Shown here: positions 33,793 through 43,024 of the stretch, one piece after another | Position numbering within the stretch: the first letter of the stretch is position 1 | Layout: each line of letters begins with the position of its first letter | Assembly: GCA_044344255.1 (NCBI GenBank) | Contig: JBIJDH010000010.1 | Span: 128,001 to 192,000, forward strand | From: Myxococcota bacterium | GTDB lineage: Bacteria; Myxococcota_A; UBA796; UBA2385 | DNA length: 64,000 nt | Direction: 5' to 3' | The notes under the pieces: generated by a model | Told to the model about the DNA's origin: nothing | Database searches by the model: none | What the model saw: the letters and a program-made list of their open reading frames with translations, nothing else | Program-made: the position numbers and the translations under genes

Positions 33793-34409
33793 TGGTACAT
33801 GACGCCCCATGAACCCTCCTTTTTCATCTGGAAGGAGCTCGACCAGCCCACGATGCCCGTCTCGGCGTCGGTGAGCTGGAAGCGGATGACGACGTAGTCG
33901 CTCTGGGCCTCCGAGGTGGAGGCCGACAGAGACTGGATCTCGCCTTCGAGGAAATAGTCAGCCCCGGCCATGGCCTTCATCCCGGCGCTGTCGACCTGCC
34001 CCGCGCGCTTCATCTCGCGCTCCTTCATGATCTGATCGACGATGTCCCGGTTGAGGATCGCGAGCTTGCCGGCGGAGTTCTGGATGAGGATGTCGGTGAT
34101 GAGCGTGGTGAAGATGTTCTGGTCGATGAGGAAGCGCGACCGGTTCTTCACCGGGATCACCGCGATGCGCGGCGCGCCCTGGAAGGCCTGGATGATCGGG
34201 CTCGCCAGGAGGTCGCGGGCCATCTGGGAGGCCACCGCCCGCACGTCCCGGGCCTCGATGCCCGTGCCCTCGACCGCGCCGTAAGCGTCGGGGTCCACGT
34301 AGGTGGTCTTCTTCGTCTTGACGCAGCCGGCGCCCAGCACAAGGGCGAGGAGCGGCAGGAGGAAGGCAGCAGGGGGGGATCGCATTCGGAGTGCTCCAGG
34401 GTGGGGCAT
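33789..34409 (-). CDS. lpoB: Penicillin-binding protein activator LpoB-like lipoprotein
   Basis: Lipobox GAGC; D..VASQMARDLL, PVKNRS, GADYFLEGEI, LTDAETGIVGW. Confidence 0.75.
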   Translation of the reverse strand: MPHPGALRMRSPPAAFLLPLLALVLGAGCVKTKKTTYVDPDAYGAVEGTGIEARDVRAVASQMARDLLASPIIQAFQGAPRIAVIPVKNRSRFLIDQNIFTTLITDILIQNSAGKLAILNRDIVDQIMKEREMKRAGQVDSAGMKAMAGADYFLEGEIQSLSASTSEAQSDYVVIRFQLTDAETGIVGWSSSFQMKKEGSWGVMYQ

Positions 34410-35938
34410 CAGGGGCCCTCGGCGCCGAGGGTGACGGCGCCGCCGGGTTGGAGGGTCGGGACGAGCCGGACGAGCTGGCCCGCCGCCGGGACGTTGACGT
34501 GGTAGCTGCGCTCTCCGAGGCTGAGCTCGTGGGCGCCCGGGCTCCACCGCCCGGCGACGAGGTACCAGGCCTCCGGATCGAAGCTCCAGGCGCGGATGTC
34601 GGCGGCGGGGTTCGTGACCGCGGCGCCGATCATCAGCCCGAGGCCGACGAGGCCCGCGACCGCGGCGACGGAGTCGTTGGGGTTGTTGTGCGCGAGGGTG
34701 TCGGCGATGCTCGCCAGCATGTAGCCGGTGATCAGCGCGGTGTCCTTGAAGACGGCCTTGCCCTTGAGGAAGCGGTCCACCGCGCGGCCGCCGCGGGTGG
34801 TGGCCTGGAAGCTCAGGCTGTCGAGGTAGAGCGGGCGCAGCGGGGCGCCGTCGAGGCGCACCTGGAGCGGCCCGCCGGGCTCGCCGCCGGGCTCGATCAC
34901 CAACACCTCGCCATAATCGCCGGTGCGCCGCTTGGCCGGGCCGTAGCCCCGCTCGACGAGGATCACGACGTTGGGCTCATCCTGGAGGAGGGCCTCCGCC
35001 TCGGCGGCGAAGGCGGCGCAGGTGGGGTCGGCCCCCGCGGGGAGCTCCGCCACCCTCTTCATCCAGGCCTCAGCGACCGCAGGCAGGGCCTCGCCGGCCG
35101 CCTCGAAGTCCCGCGCCCGGAAGGCCTGGAGGCCGGGGAGCCGCTCGTCCTTGTCCACCGTGGGCTGGTCGAGCAGCAGGGTGCTCGCGATGGAGAGGGT
35201 GGCCTTGGCGGCCTGGGCCGGATCACGCGCCGCGGCGGAGACGCCGGCCGGGAGCGCGCTGTAGAGGAGGACCCGCGCCTGATCGGCCCCCTCGGCGGCG
35301 CCGCCCCGGCCCTCGAGGCGCTCGGAGAGCGCGCGGAGGGTGCTGCGGCCGCAGACCGCATCGACGCCGCGCCCCAGGGCCTGAGCGGCGTTGTCGCGCT
35401 CCCGCTCGGCCTGGTAGGCGAGGGCCTGGAGGAGCCAGGCCGGCACGAAGTCCGAGCGGTATCGCTCCTCTCGCGTGCCCGTGTCGGCGAGGATGGCCGA
35501 CTTGTACATGGCGAGGGCGTTGCCCCGGTCGCCCTCGGCGTGGAGCAGCAGGCCGAGGGTGAGGTAGGCGGCCATCTTCTCGTAGGGCTCGCCCTTCCAG
35601 TCCTTCCGCTGCTCGGCGCCCAGGGTGGCGGCGAACTCGCCGTCGGCCTGGAAGTCGGTCATGATCGAGACCGCCACCCGGAGGGCGGCCTCGGCGGCGG
35701 CGGCGTCGCCCTGGGCGAAGGACATGCTGGCGAGGTCGAGGTTGTCGAGGGCGCGGCGGCTCCCCGGCAGGGCGGCCTTCTCGCGCTGTTCTCGCAGCAC
35801 CAGGGCGGGGTCCCCCGCCCGATACCGCTCGTCGGCCGGGAGCTGCTTGGGCGCGCAGGCGACGGAGCAGAGCCCCAGCGCGGCGAGCAGGCTGAGCCGG
35901 AGGGGCGCCGGGCGCGCGCGGGCAACAAATGAGTGCAT
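34409..35938 (-). CDS. TPR-like lipoprotein (COG3014-like)
   Basis: Lipobox SVAC; WKGEPYEKM, NVVILVERGYGP, ADIRAW; family usually found next to LpoB and YcfL. Confidence 0.65.
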   Translation of the reverse strand: MHSFVARARPAPLRLSLLAALGLCSVACAPKQLPADERYRAGDPALVLREQREKAALPGSRRALDNLDLASMSFAQGDAAAAEAALRVAVSIMTDFQADGEFAATLGAEQRKDWKGEPYEKMAAYLTLGLLLHAEGDRGNALAMYKSAILADTGTREERYRSDFVPAWLLQALAYQAERERDNAAQALGRGVDAVCGRSTLRALSERLEGRGGAAEGADQARVLLYSALPAGVSAAARDPAQAAKATLSIASTLLLDQPTVDKDERLPGLQAFRARDFEAAGEALPAVAEAWMKRVAELPAGADPTCAAFAAEAEALLQDEPNVVILVERGYGPAKRRTGDYGEVLVIEPGGEPGGPLQVRLDGAPLRPLYLDSLSFQATTRGGRAVDRFLKGKAVFKDTALITGYMLASIADTLAHNNPNDSVAAVAGLVGLGLMIGAAVTNPAADIRAWSFDPEAWYLVAGRWSPGAHELSLGERSYHVNVPAAGQLVRLVPTLQPGGAVTLGAEGP

Positions 35939-35995
35939 GGGCCTTCCCGGCGAGGGGCGCCGTCCTTACCGTGTTGAAACCATCCGGCAAGGCAC

Positions 35996-37111
35996 ATGTT
36001 CCACTCGCTCCTGTCTCCCAAGCGTGTATTTCGGGGCCTCCTCTTCGGGCTGCTGCTCGGGCTCGGCCTCCATCAGGCCCCGGCCCTCGCCGGCCCAACG
36101 AGCTTCGCCCGGCCCACCGAGGCGGTGGACGCCGAGGGGGCCCTCTCGCCGCTCCCAGAGCCGCCGGCCGGCTGGAAGAGCCAGCGCGGGGTCTACGCCC
36201 AGGTGCACACCGATCCCGCCGACGTCGCGCAGGGCCGCCGCCTGCTCCAGCACGCCGAGGCCGCCGTGCCCCGCCTCGCCGCGGCCCTCGGCCTCGCGCC
36301 CGGGCGCACCATCGAGATCTACCTGAGCCCCGACCAGAAGACCTTCGACACCATGCAGCCCGGCGAGCCCCCCGGCTGGGCGGACGGTACCGCCTGGCCG
36401 AGCCGCGGCCTCATCTACCTCCGCTCGCCCCGCGTCCGCCCCGGCGACGCCGCCCCGCTCGAGCAGGTCCTCGATCACGAGCTGGTGCACATCATCCTCG
36501 GCCGGGCCTTCCTGCCGCGGGCCGTGCCGCGCTGGCTGCAAGAGGGGGCCGCCCAGCTCTTCGCCGGCGAGATCAAGCCCGAGATGACCGAGCGCATCGG
36601 CCTCGGCATGCTCACGGGGGGCCTCATCCCCTTGGAGGACCTCACCCGCGGCTTCCCCGATGACCCCCTCCGCGCCCAGCTCGCGTACGCAGAGTCCGCC
36701 GACTTCGTCGCCTGGCTCAAGAGCACCTACGGTGAGGAGGCCCTTCACACCGTCATCCTCGGCCTCTCCCAGGGCCGGCCCCCCGCCGCGACCCTCCGTG
36801 AGGCCACCGGCAAGAGCCTCCAGGAGCTCAACGACGAGTGGCGCGACCGGCTGTCGGCCTCCGGCCTCTGGCTGCGCCCCCTCGTCAGCGACTCGGCGCT
36901 GTTCGGCGTCGGCGCGGTGCTGATGGTGCTCGGCTACCTCCGCAAGCGGAAGAAGAGCCAGGACCGCATGGAGCGCTGGACCCGCGAGGACGCGCTGCAG
37001 GACAAGCTCGAGCGCGACCTCTCCCAGCCCTGGACGATGGGCCCGCCCCCGCGCGCCCTCCTCCCGACTGTGCTCCCAAACGGGATGCCCACCCACCCGC
37101 TCATCCACTGA
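35996..37111 (+). CDS. Peptidase MA-like zinc metalloprotease with C-terminal TM helix
   Basis: HELVH..PRWLQEG..AYAES. Confidence 0.85.
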   Translation: MFHSLLSPKRVFRGLLFGLLLGLGLHQAPALAGPTSFARPTEAVDAEGALSPLPEPPAGWKSQRGVYAQVHTDPADVAQGRRLLQHAEAAVPRLAAALGLAPGRTIEIYLSPDQKTFDTMQPGEPPGWADGTAWPSRGLIYLRSPRVRPGDAAPLEQVLDHELVHIILGRAFLPRAVPRWLQEGAAQLFAGEIKPEMTERIGLGMLTGGLIPLEDLTRGFPDDPLRAQLAYAESADFVAWLKSTYGEEALHTVILGLSQGRPPAATLREATGKSLQELNDEWRDRLSASGLWLRPLVSDSALFGVGAVLMVLGYLRKRKKSQDRMERWTREDALQDKLERDLSQPWTMGPPPRALLPTVLPNGMPTHPLIH

Positions 37112-37112
37112 T

Positions 37113-37148
37113 CGGCGCCCCCGAGCTCATCCACTGAAGGGGGCGCCG
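37113..37148. terminator. Hairpin between convergent genes
   Basis: CGGCGCCCCC-N16-GGGGGCGCCG. Confidence 0.4.
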
Positions 37149-37151
37149 GGC

Positions 37152-38291
37152 TCAGCCGCCGCGGGTGAAGGTGCGGGTGTAGTCGAGGTTGCCGTCCTGG
37201 TCGTAGAACTCGCCGACGAACACGTCGCCTTCGATCTGCACCCACAGGAAGCCTGGCTCGCTCGCGTCCTCGTAGAAGGTGGGGGCGTCGCGGCCGACGA
37301 GCTCGGTGGTCTTGGCGGCGGCGCCGGAGACGATGAGCTCCATGCCGCAAGAGGGCTCGAGCCACTGCCGGTTGTGGTCGTGACCGGCGAAGTAGAGGTC
37401 CATCTTGCCGCAGAGGTGGTCGTCGACGAAGTCTTTCACCGTCTCGCCGTTGGCGATCGGCAGCCAGTCGTAGCCTTCGTACTCCCCGGCGTTCCCGTGC
37501 TGGCCGTTGGAGAGGTAGGGGTGGTGGCCGAGGGCGATGTGCCAGGTCTCGGTGGCGGCCGACCGCGCGCCGTCGACAAAGTCACCCTGACCGGAGTCTC
37601 CCCAGATCGACTCGAGCATGATCGAGTTCGTGTCCAGGGCGTAGAAGCGCACGTGCTCGGCGGCCCAGGTGTACTGCTTGTCGGGCATGGTCCACTTCGA
37701 GGCGCCGGTGCTGCCGTAGGCGACCTCGTAGTCGGCCTTGTACTCGAGCAGCGAGAGCGAGCCATAGTCGTGGTTGCCGAGCACCACGTAGAAGAGGAAG
37801 CCGAGGTCAGCGTAGGGGAGCTCGAACTTGGTCTGGAACTGCTCGTCGTCCTCGCTGTTGACGCCGTCATCGTAGAAGTTGTCGCCGAGGTAGAGCGCAA
37901 AGTCGCAGCCGGCGCGGTCGTCGGTCTTGGCGGTGCAGACCGCGAGCATCGCGTCGGCCACCTTGTACTGGGCGTCGTTACCCTCGCCGCCGTCTCCGAG
38001 CGCCACGAAGCGGACCATCGGGGCCGGGGGTTCGGCGTCGGTGTCGGCGTCCGAGTCGGCGTCGGTGTCGGCGTCGGTGTCGGCATCGGCGTCTGAGTCG
38101 GTGTCGGCGTCGGTGTCCCCGTCGGCGTCCCCGTCACCGTCGGCGTCCGAGTCGGCGTCTGCCTCTTCTCCCAGGCTCCCCTCCCCCTTCGCGTCCGTCG
38201 TCGTCGCGCAGCCCGAAGCCAGGAGCAGGACCGAGAGGGCGGCGGCACGGGGGCCCGGTGAGCACAGCGACGGGAGCAGGCGAACCGACAT
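37152..38291 (-). CDS. Metallophosphoesterase (purple acid phosphatase-like) lipoprotein
   Basis: GDGG, GDNFY, GNHD, GHHP, GHDH; lipobox ASGC; start at MSVRLL. Confidence 0.88.
   Translation of the reverse strand: MSVRLLPSLCSPGPRAAALSVLLLASGCATTTDAKGEGSLGEEADADSDADGDGDADGDTDADTDSDADADTDADTDADSDADTDAEPPAPMVRFVALGDGGEGNDAQYKVADAMLAVCTAKTDDRAGCDFALYLGDNFYDDGVNSEDDEQFQTKFELPYADLGFLFYVVLGNHDYGSLSLLEYKADYEVAYGSTGASKWTMPDKQYTWAAEHVRFYALDTNSIMLESIWGDSGQGDFVDGARSAATETWHIALGHHPYLSNGQHGNAGEYEGYDWLPIANGETVKDFVDDHLCGKMDLYFAGHDHNRQWLEPSCGMELIVSGAAAKTTELVGRDAPTFYEDASEPGFLWVQIEGDVFVGEFYDQDGNLDYTRTFTRGG
38035..38163 (-). repeat. 6-bp-unit repeat encoding an Asp-X linker (DADSDADGD...)
   Basis: Runs of GTCGGC/GTCGGT on the plus strand. 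Confidence 0.9.
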
Positions 38292-38435
38292 GGAGACCTC
38301 GAAGGGGGCCGACAGCGCCCCGTCGGACGGTAGCGCCGTCGAGGGCGTCTGACCAGCGACGACCGCCGAAAAGGGCGCCGGTCCGTCGAGGGGCGGGGCT
38401 GGTGGAGCCCCCTCGCCTCGACTACCCTCCTCGGT

Positions 38436-39914
38436 ATGGCCCCCTGGCGCTCCCGCACCGCCCCCCTGCTGCTCGTTTCGGCCCTCGGCGCCGCGCTCGT
38501 CGGAGCCGCCCGCGCCGGCGGGAGGCCCGTCGCGATCGTGATCCCCGTCGAGGAGGCCGTCTCCGGGCCGCCGAGCCAGACCTGCGAGGCGGCGCTGGCC
38601 CTGGCCGCCGAGGACAAGGAAACCCGCCCGCCCGTGGAGCTGCGAGACACCACCGCGCCCACACCCGCGACCGCCCTCGGCCCCCGCACCCGCGCCGAGA
38701 ACCCGCCCATGGCGCGGATCCCCATCGGCTCGAGCCCCGCCGCCCGCGCGCAGCTCCCCGGGGCCCAGCCCGAGCTCTTGCCGCTGCAGCCCCTCGAGGG
38801 CCGCCCCGACGCGCTCCTCCGGGTGGGCGAGGTGCTGCGCCGGGCCTCCGCCGGGCAGCCCGTGCGCATCAGCGTCTTCGGCGCCTCCCACACCGCAGGG
38901 GACTACTGGACCGGCGAGCTGCGGCGCCTGCTCCAGGCTCGTCACGGGGACCGCGGGCACGGCTTCATCTGGCCCGCCGCCGTCTTCACTGGCAGCCGCG
39001 CCCAGGACGTCAACCTCTGCCGCAGCCCCGGCTGGCGCCCGGACTACGTCGGTCGGACGGGCGGCCGCGACGACGGCCTCTACGGCCTCGGCGCCTCGGT
39101 GAGCAGCGCCGACCCCGCCGACTTCGGCTGGATCGAGACCACCTCGAAGAACCCCCAGGGGCGGCAGGTCTCCCGCTACGAGCTCTTGACGCTCGGCCAG
39201 CCGGCGGGCGGCACCCTGCTCGTCACCATCGACGAGACCGCCCCGCGCGCCATCTCCACCCGCGCCAGCGCCCCCACCTTGCTCTGGCATCAGCTCCCGG
39301 TGCCCGACGGCCCCCACCGCCTCACGGTGCAGCCGCTCGGCGACGGCGAGGTCCGCGTGCTCGGCCTCTCCGCCGAGCGGGACGGCCCGGGCGTGATCGT
39401 AGACGCCATCGGCGTCAACGGCCGCGAGGCCCGCACCTGGCTCCAGTGGGACCCCGCCCTCACCTTCCCCGCCCTGCAGGTCCTCTCCCCCGACCTCGTC
39501 ATCCTCGCTTACGGGGTCAACGAGGCCAATGACACGACCTACACGATGGAGGACTATCGGAGCGACCTCTCCGAGAGCCTCCGCCGGATGCGCCGCGCCT
39601 TGCCCGACGCCGCCTGCATCCTCGCCGGCCCCACCGATCGCGGCCGAGAGCTCGGGCGGGCGGTGTACGGGGTTTGGCCGCGCACCCAGCCCATCGCCCA
39701 GGTGCAGCGGGAGGTGGCCCCCGTCTTCGGCTGCGCCTTCTGGGACTGGCAAGAGGCCATGGGCGGCCCGGGCAGCGCGCTCGGCCTCCGTTTCCGCGAG
39801 CCCGCCTTCATGAGCGCAGACCTCATCCACCTCTCGGCCAAGGGCTACGCCTGGTCCGCCCAGCAGCTCCTCCTCGCGATGGAGGACGCGGCGGGGCCCG
39901 CGCGGCGCCCGTGA
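38436..39914 (+). CDS. SGNH/GDSL hydrolase, Ape1/PatB-like two-domain layout
   Basis: FGASHTAGD..GHGF, GVNG, YGVNE, DLIHLS..GY. Confidence 0.78.
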   Translation: MAPWRSRTAPLLLVSALGAALVGAARAGGRPVAIVIPVEEAVSGPPSQTCEAALALAAEDKETRPPVELRDTTAPTPATALGPRTRAENPPMARIPIGSSPAARAQLPGAQPELLPLQPLEGRPDALLRVGEVLRRASAGQPVRISVFGASHTAGDYWTGELRRLLQARHGDRGHGFIWPAAVFTGSRAQDVNLCRSPGWRPDYVGRTGGRDDGLYGLGASVSSADPADFGWIETTSKNPQGRQVSRYELLTLGQPAGGTLLVTIDETAPRAISTRASAPTLLWHQLPVPDGPHRLTVQPLGDGEVRVLGLSAERDGPGVIVDAIGVNGREARTWLQWDPALTFPALQVLSPDLVILAYGVNEANDTTYTMEDYRSDLSESLRRMRRALPDAACILAGPTDRGRELGRAVYGVWPRTQPIAQVQREVAPVFGCAFWDWQEAMGGPGSALGLRFREPAFMSADLIHLSAKGYAWSAQQLLLAMEDAAGPARRP

Positions 39915-39951
39915 GCCACCTCGGCGCCGCCGCCCGGTGTAAGCTCTCCCC

Positions 39952-40509
39952 GTGCTCGCCCTCCTGCTGCTGCCCCTCGCCTGCCTCACCGCGCCCTCGG
40001 TCGAACCCGATCAGGCGGGGCCCTTCCACGAGGGCGATCCGCTCATCTCCGGCCTGCACGTCACGTGTGACCCCGAGGCCGGCCGGTGGGACCTCCGCCT
40101 CCGCACCGTCGGCTGGACCGGCGGGGCCCGCCTCTACATCGCGAGCGGCCCCGCGCAGATCGAGCAGCACAACGTCTCCTCGGACAAGGCCGATCGCGAC
40201 GGCGCTTGGGACTGCCTGGACCTCAGCCTCGCCGTCTCCCCCGACTGGCAGGAGGCCAGCTCGGGCGCCTCCACCCGCTGGCGCTGCGACGACGCCCCCG
40301 GCCTGAGCTTCGCCCTCGTCGCCTACGATCCCCATGGCGACCACGTGAGCGACTGCCGGATCTGGGGGGCCGATCCCACCCTCTGGGCCTCGGTGGAGGG
40401 CGGCCCCGCCTGCGACATCGTCCTCGACACCGACACGGGGGCCGACACCGGGGCCGACACCGACACCGAGGGAGAGTGGCCCGGAGACGTCGATGCCTGC
40501 GGGGGTTGA
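39952..40509 (+). CDS. Cys-containing hypothetical lipoprotein with acidic tail
   Basis: Lipobox PLAC; tail DTDTGADTGADTDT. Confidence 0.6.
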   Translation: MLALLLLPLACLTAPSVEPDQAGPFHEGDPLISGLHVTCDPEAGRWDLRLRTVGWTGGARLYIASGPAQIEQHNVSSDKADRDGAWDCLDLSLAVSPDWQEASSGASTRWRCDDAPGLSFALVAYDPHGDHVSDCRIWGADPTLWASVEGGPACDIVLDTDTGADTGADTDTEGEWPGDVDACGG

Positions 40510-41431
40510 CACACACGCCGGGACGGGCTCAGCGGCGGGGGGCCGAGATCCTCGCCTGGCGGGGCAGGCCGCCACCCTCGCCGCCCGCGCCCACCTCGCG
40601 CTGACCGGGAGCCGCGAGCCCATCGACCTCGCCCTCGTCTTCGCCTCCGGGCGCAGCGCCCAGGACGCCGCCCCCATCCTCGAGGCTGTCGCCGAGCTCA
40701 GCGAGGCGCAGCAGATCGTCGGCTGCAGCGCCTCCGCCGTCTCCACCGAGGCCGGCACCCTCGAGGACGGGGTCGCGGTGATGCTCCTCCAGGGCTCCTT
40801 CGCAGTCGTGGCGAGCACAGGGGCGCTCGAGCGCGATCCCGCCGGCGCCGCGCGATCCCTCGCTCGAAAGCTCCACCGGCGCGGCGAAGGGCCAGGGGCC
40901 GTGCTGCTCCTGCTCGACCCCCGCAGCCTCCGCGGGCCCGCCTTCCTCGACGCCCTCCGCGATGCGCTGCCACCCGGCACCCCCATCTTCGGCGGCGCGG
41001 CCGGCCTCACCGCAGGGCGGTGCTGGGTGGCCGGTGGCCCCACGCGCCCCCGCCCGCCGGTGGCCCAAGCCGACGCCGTCGTCGCCATCGGGCTCCCCGA
41101 GATGCCGCTGCGCTTCTGCCTCGCGCCCGTCTACCCGCCGGACCCCCAGGACTCCCAAGACTCCCAGGACCCTCAGGCCTCCCCCCGGACCGCCGCCTTC
41201 GACGACCGTCAGCTCCGCCTCGAAGATCCGGCGGCCCCCGGCCGGCTCCGCGACGCCCGCTTCGCGCTCCTGATCGACGGTCCCCACGGGGTCGGCCCCG
41301 GGCCCGTGGCGACGGCGCTGCCGGGCCTGCCCCTCATCGGCTGGCGCGGCCCCCGCCTCATCGCCCCGATTGAGGCCCGCCCCGCCGAGCTGATTGGCGG
41401 GAGCGCGCTGATCGTCGCCTCCGATCCCTGA
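40493..41431 (+). CDS. FIST N-domain protein with reduced C-domain
   Basis: DLALVFASG, IVGCSA, LLLLDP, PIFGGAAG. Confidence 0.65.
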   Translation: MPAGVDTHAGTGSAAGGRDPRLAGQAATLAARAHLALTGSREPIDLALVFASGRSAQDAAPILEAVAELSEAQQIVGCSASAVSTEAGTLEDGVAVMLLQGSFAVVASTGALERDPAGAARSLARKLHRRGEGPGAVLLLLDPRSLRGPAFLDALRDALPPGTPIFGGAAGLTAGRCWVAGGPTRPRPPVAQADAVVAIGLPEMPLRFCLAPVYPPDPQDSQDSQDPQASPRTAAFDDRQLRLEDPAAPGRLRDARFALLIDGPHGVGPGPVATALPGLPLIGWRGPRLIAPIEARPAELIGGSALIVASDP

Positions 41432-41490
41432 GCGATCGCCCGCGATCGCTGGGCGACCGCAGCGCGACCGCCCAGCGACCCAACGGGGGC

Positions 41491-42951
41491 CTACTCTCGG
41501 TAGCCGATGGGCAGGTTCTTGATCAGGCTGACCGCGCCCACGTCGAGGCGACCGTTGACGTCCGAGCCCGACAGGGCGACCGGCTCGGTCTCCTCGTTGA
41601 CGACGCCGTCGCCATCGACGTCGGCGTAGGCCCAGAGGTAGAGGATCGTGTTGGCGGGCACCGCGAAGCTGTAGGCCTTGCTGGCCTGACCGGTGAGGTC
41701 GGCCCAGGCGAACTCCGCCATGTCGTAGGAGCCCGTCTCGAGGGAGGAGACCGCCAGATCGTTGTTGGGGGCGTACTTGAGGGCCACCACGTAGATCGAG
41801 GTCCCGGCCGGCAGGCTGTCGAAGGTGCCGCCGTCCTCCATGCTCACATCACCGGAGATGGTGATGAAGGGCACAATGGAGAGGCCGTCCTCGGCGCCGG
41901 CGAGCGGGATCTGGACCTCGTAGTTGTTGAGGTCGGTCGTGCCGATGGTGACCGGATTGCCGCTCGTGTCGGGCGCGGTGACGTAGGAGCCCCAGGTGTC
42001 CGAGGGGTCGATCAGGCCGTTGCCGTTCGAGTCGACCGCGCCGAGCAGGTTCGACTCCCCGGCGCTCTCACAGGTCAGCAGCTCATAGGCGCTGGCGAGC
42101 GAGCCGTCGGGGGTGAACCAGGCCCAGTCGTAGGGCCCAGAGCCGTCCGTGCTGAACAACATGACCGCGCCGGCCGCCGTCGAAGCGGCCCCGGCGTCCA
42201 GGGTCACCGGCCCGTTCACGGACACCTCGGTGCAGGTCTCGCCGCCGCCGCCGTCTCCGCCCCCGCCGCCGCCGCCGTCTTCCCAGGGGGCGAGGATGGT
42301 GATGTCGACGTCATCGGCCTCCGAGCCGTCGGTGATCGTGATCTCGTCGGGGTAAGCGCCGATCGGATCGTAGCTGTGCACGATCCCGTCGTGGGCATAG
42401 TCGAGGGAGGCGTAGACGTTGACCAGCCCCGAGCCGTCCGCGGGCATCGACACCGTCATCTCGTAGGTGTCACCGATGACGGTGGGGGTGATGATGGCGG
42501 TGTCTCCGCGGTAGATCTCCGAGCCGCCGTTGTCTTCGTAGCCGGCGACGAAGATGGAGCCGAAGGGGAAGATCCCGCCCGTGGCGTCGGCGAAGCTCAC
42601 GTTCTCTCGCGCGCCGGCCTCGTTCGTCCGGTAAAGCTCGACGTAGACATGCCCGCGCAGGGTGGCGCTGATCATCGGCACCTCCCCTCCGTCGGTGCCG
42701 TCCGTACCGTCGGTGCCGTCCGTGCCGTCCGTGCCGTCGGTGCCGTCGGTGCCGTCGGTGCCGTCGGTGCCGTCCGTACCGTCGGTGCCGTCGGTGCCGT
42801 CCGCCCCGTCGGCGCCATCGGTGCCGTCTTCGGTCCCGTCTTCACCGCCGGTGTCCCCGAGCTTGTCGCCCGTGCAGGCCGCCGAGAGGGCGAGGAGCAG
42901 GCTGAGCCCACATAGATGGAGACCATGAAGAGGCGCGCGCATCTGCGACAT
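41491..42951 (-). CDS. Acidic lipoprotein, paralog of 43025-44371
   Basis: Lipobox SAAC; (DGT)n linker; three beta-rich modules with DxxxDG loops. Confidence 0.75.
   Translation of the reverse strand: MSQMRAPLHGLHLCGLSLLLALSAACTGDKLGDTGGEDGTEDGTDGADGADGTDGTDGTDGTDGTDGTDGTDGTDGTDGTDGTDGTDGGEVPMISATLRGHVYVELYRTNEAGARENVSFADATGGIFPFGSIFVAGYEDNGGSEIYRGDTAIITPTVIGDTYEMTVSMPADGSGLVNVYASLDYAHDGIVHSYDPIGAYPDEITITDGSEADDVDITILAPWEDGGGGGGGDGGGGETCTEVSVNGPVTLDAGAASTAAGAVMLFSTDGSGPYDWAWFTPDGSLASAYELLTCESAGESNLLGAVDSNGNGLIDPSDTWGSYVTAPDTSGNPVTIGTTDLNNYEVQIPLAGAEDGLSIVPFITISGDVSMEDGGTFDSLPAGTSIYVVALKYAPNNDLAVSSLETGSYDMAEFAWADLTGQASKAYSFAVPANTILYLWAYADVDGDGVVNEETEPVALSGSDVNGRLDVGAVSLIKNLPIGYRE
42689..42828 (-). 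repeat. 9-bp tandem repeat, about 15 units, encoding DGT/DGA
   Basis: GGTGCCGTC / CGTGCCGTC / CGTACCGTC units. Confidence 0.95.
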
Positions 42952-43024
42952 CGTAGACCCCGAAGGAGAGGGAGGCAGGCCGGAGGGCCGGCGCGCCCCC
43001 GAGGGGCCCGCCGCGCGTTGCAGG

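Noticed and set aside
35997..36012. Second parS site (TGTTCCAC)
   Set aside because: Half-site only, overlapping a start codon.
37152..39989. 945-aa ORF as a single protein
   Set aside because: Only 37152-38291 is the phosphoesterase; the upstream part is antisense to the SGNH gene.
42689..42828. Tandem repeats here and at 38035-38163 as CRISPR arrays
   Set aside because: 6-9 bp in-frame units with no spacers, and no cas genes.
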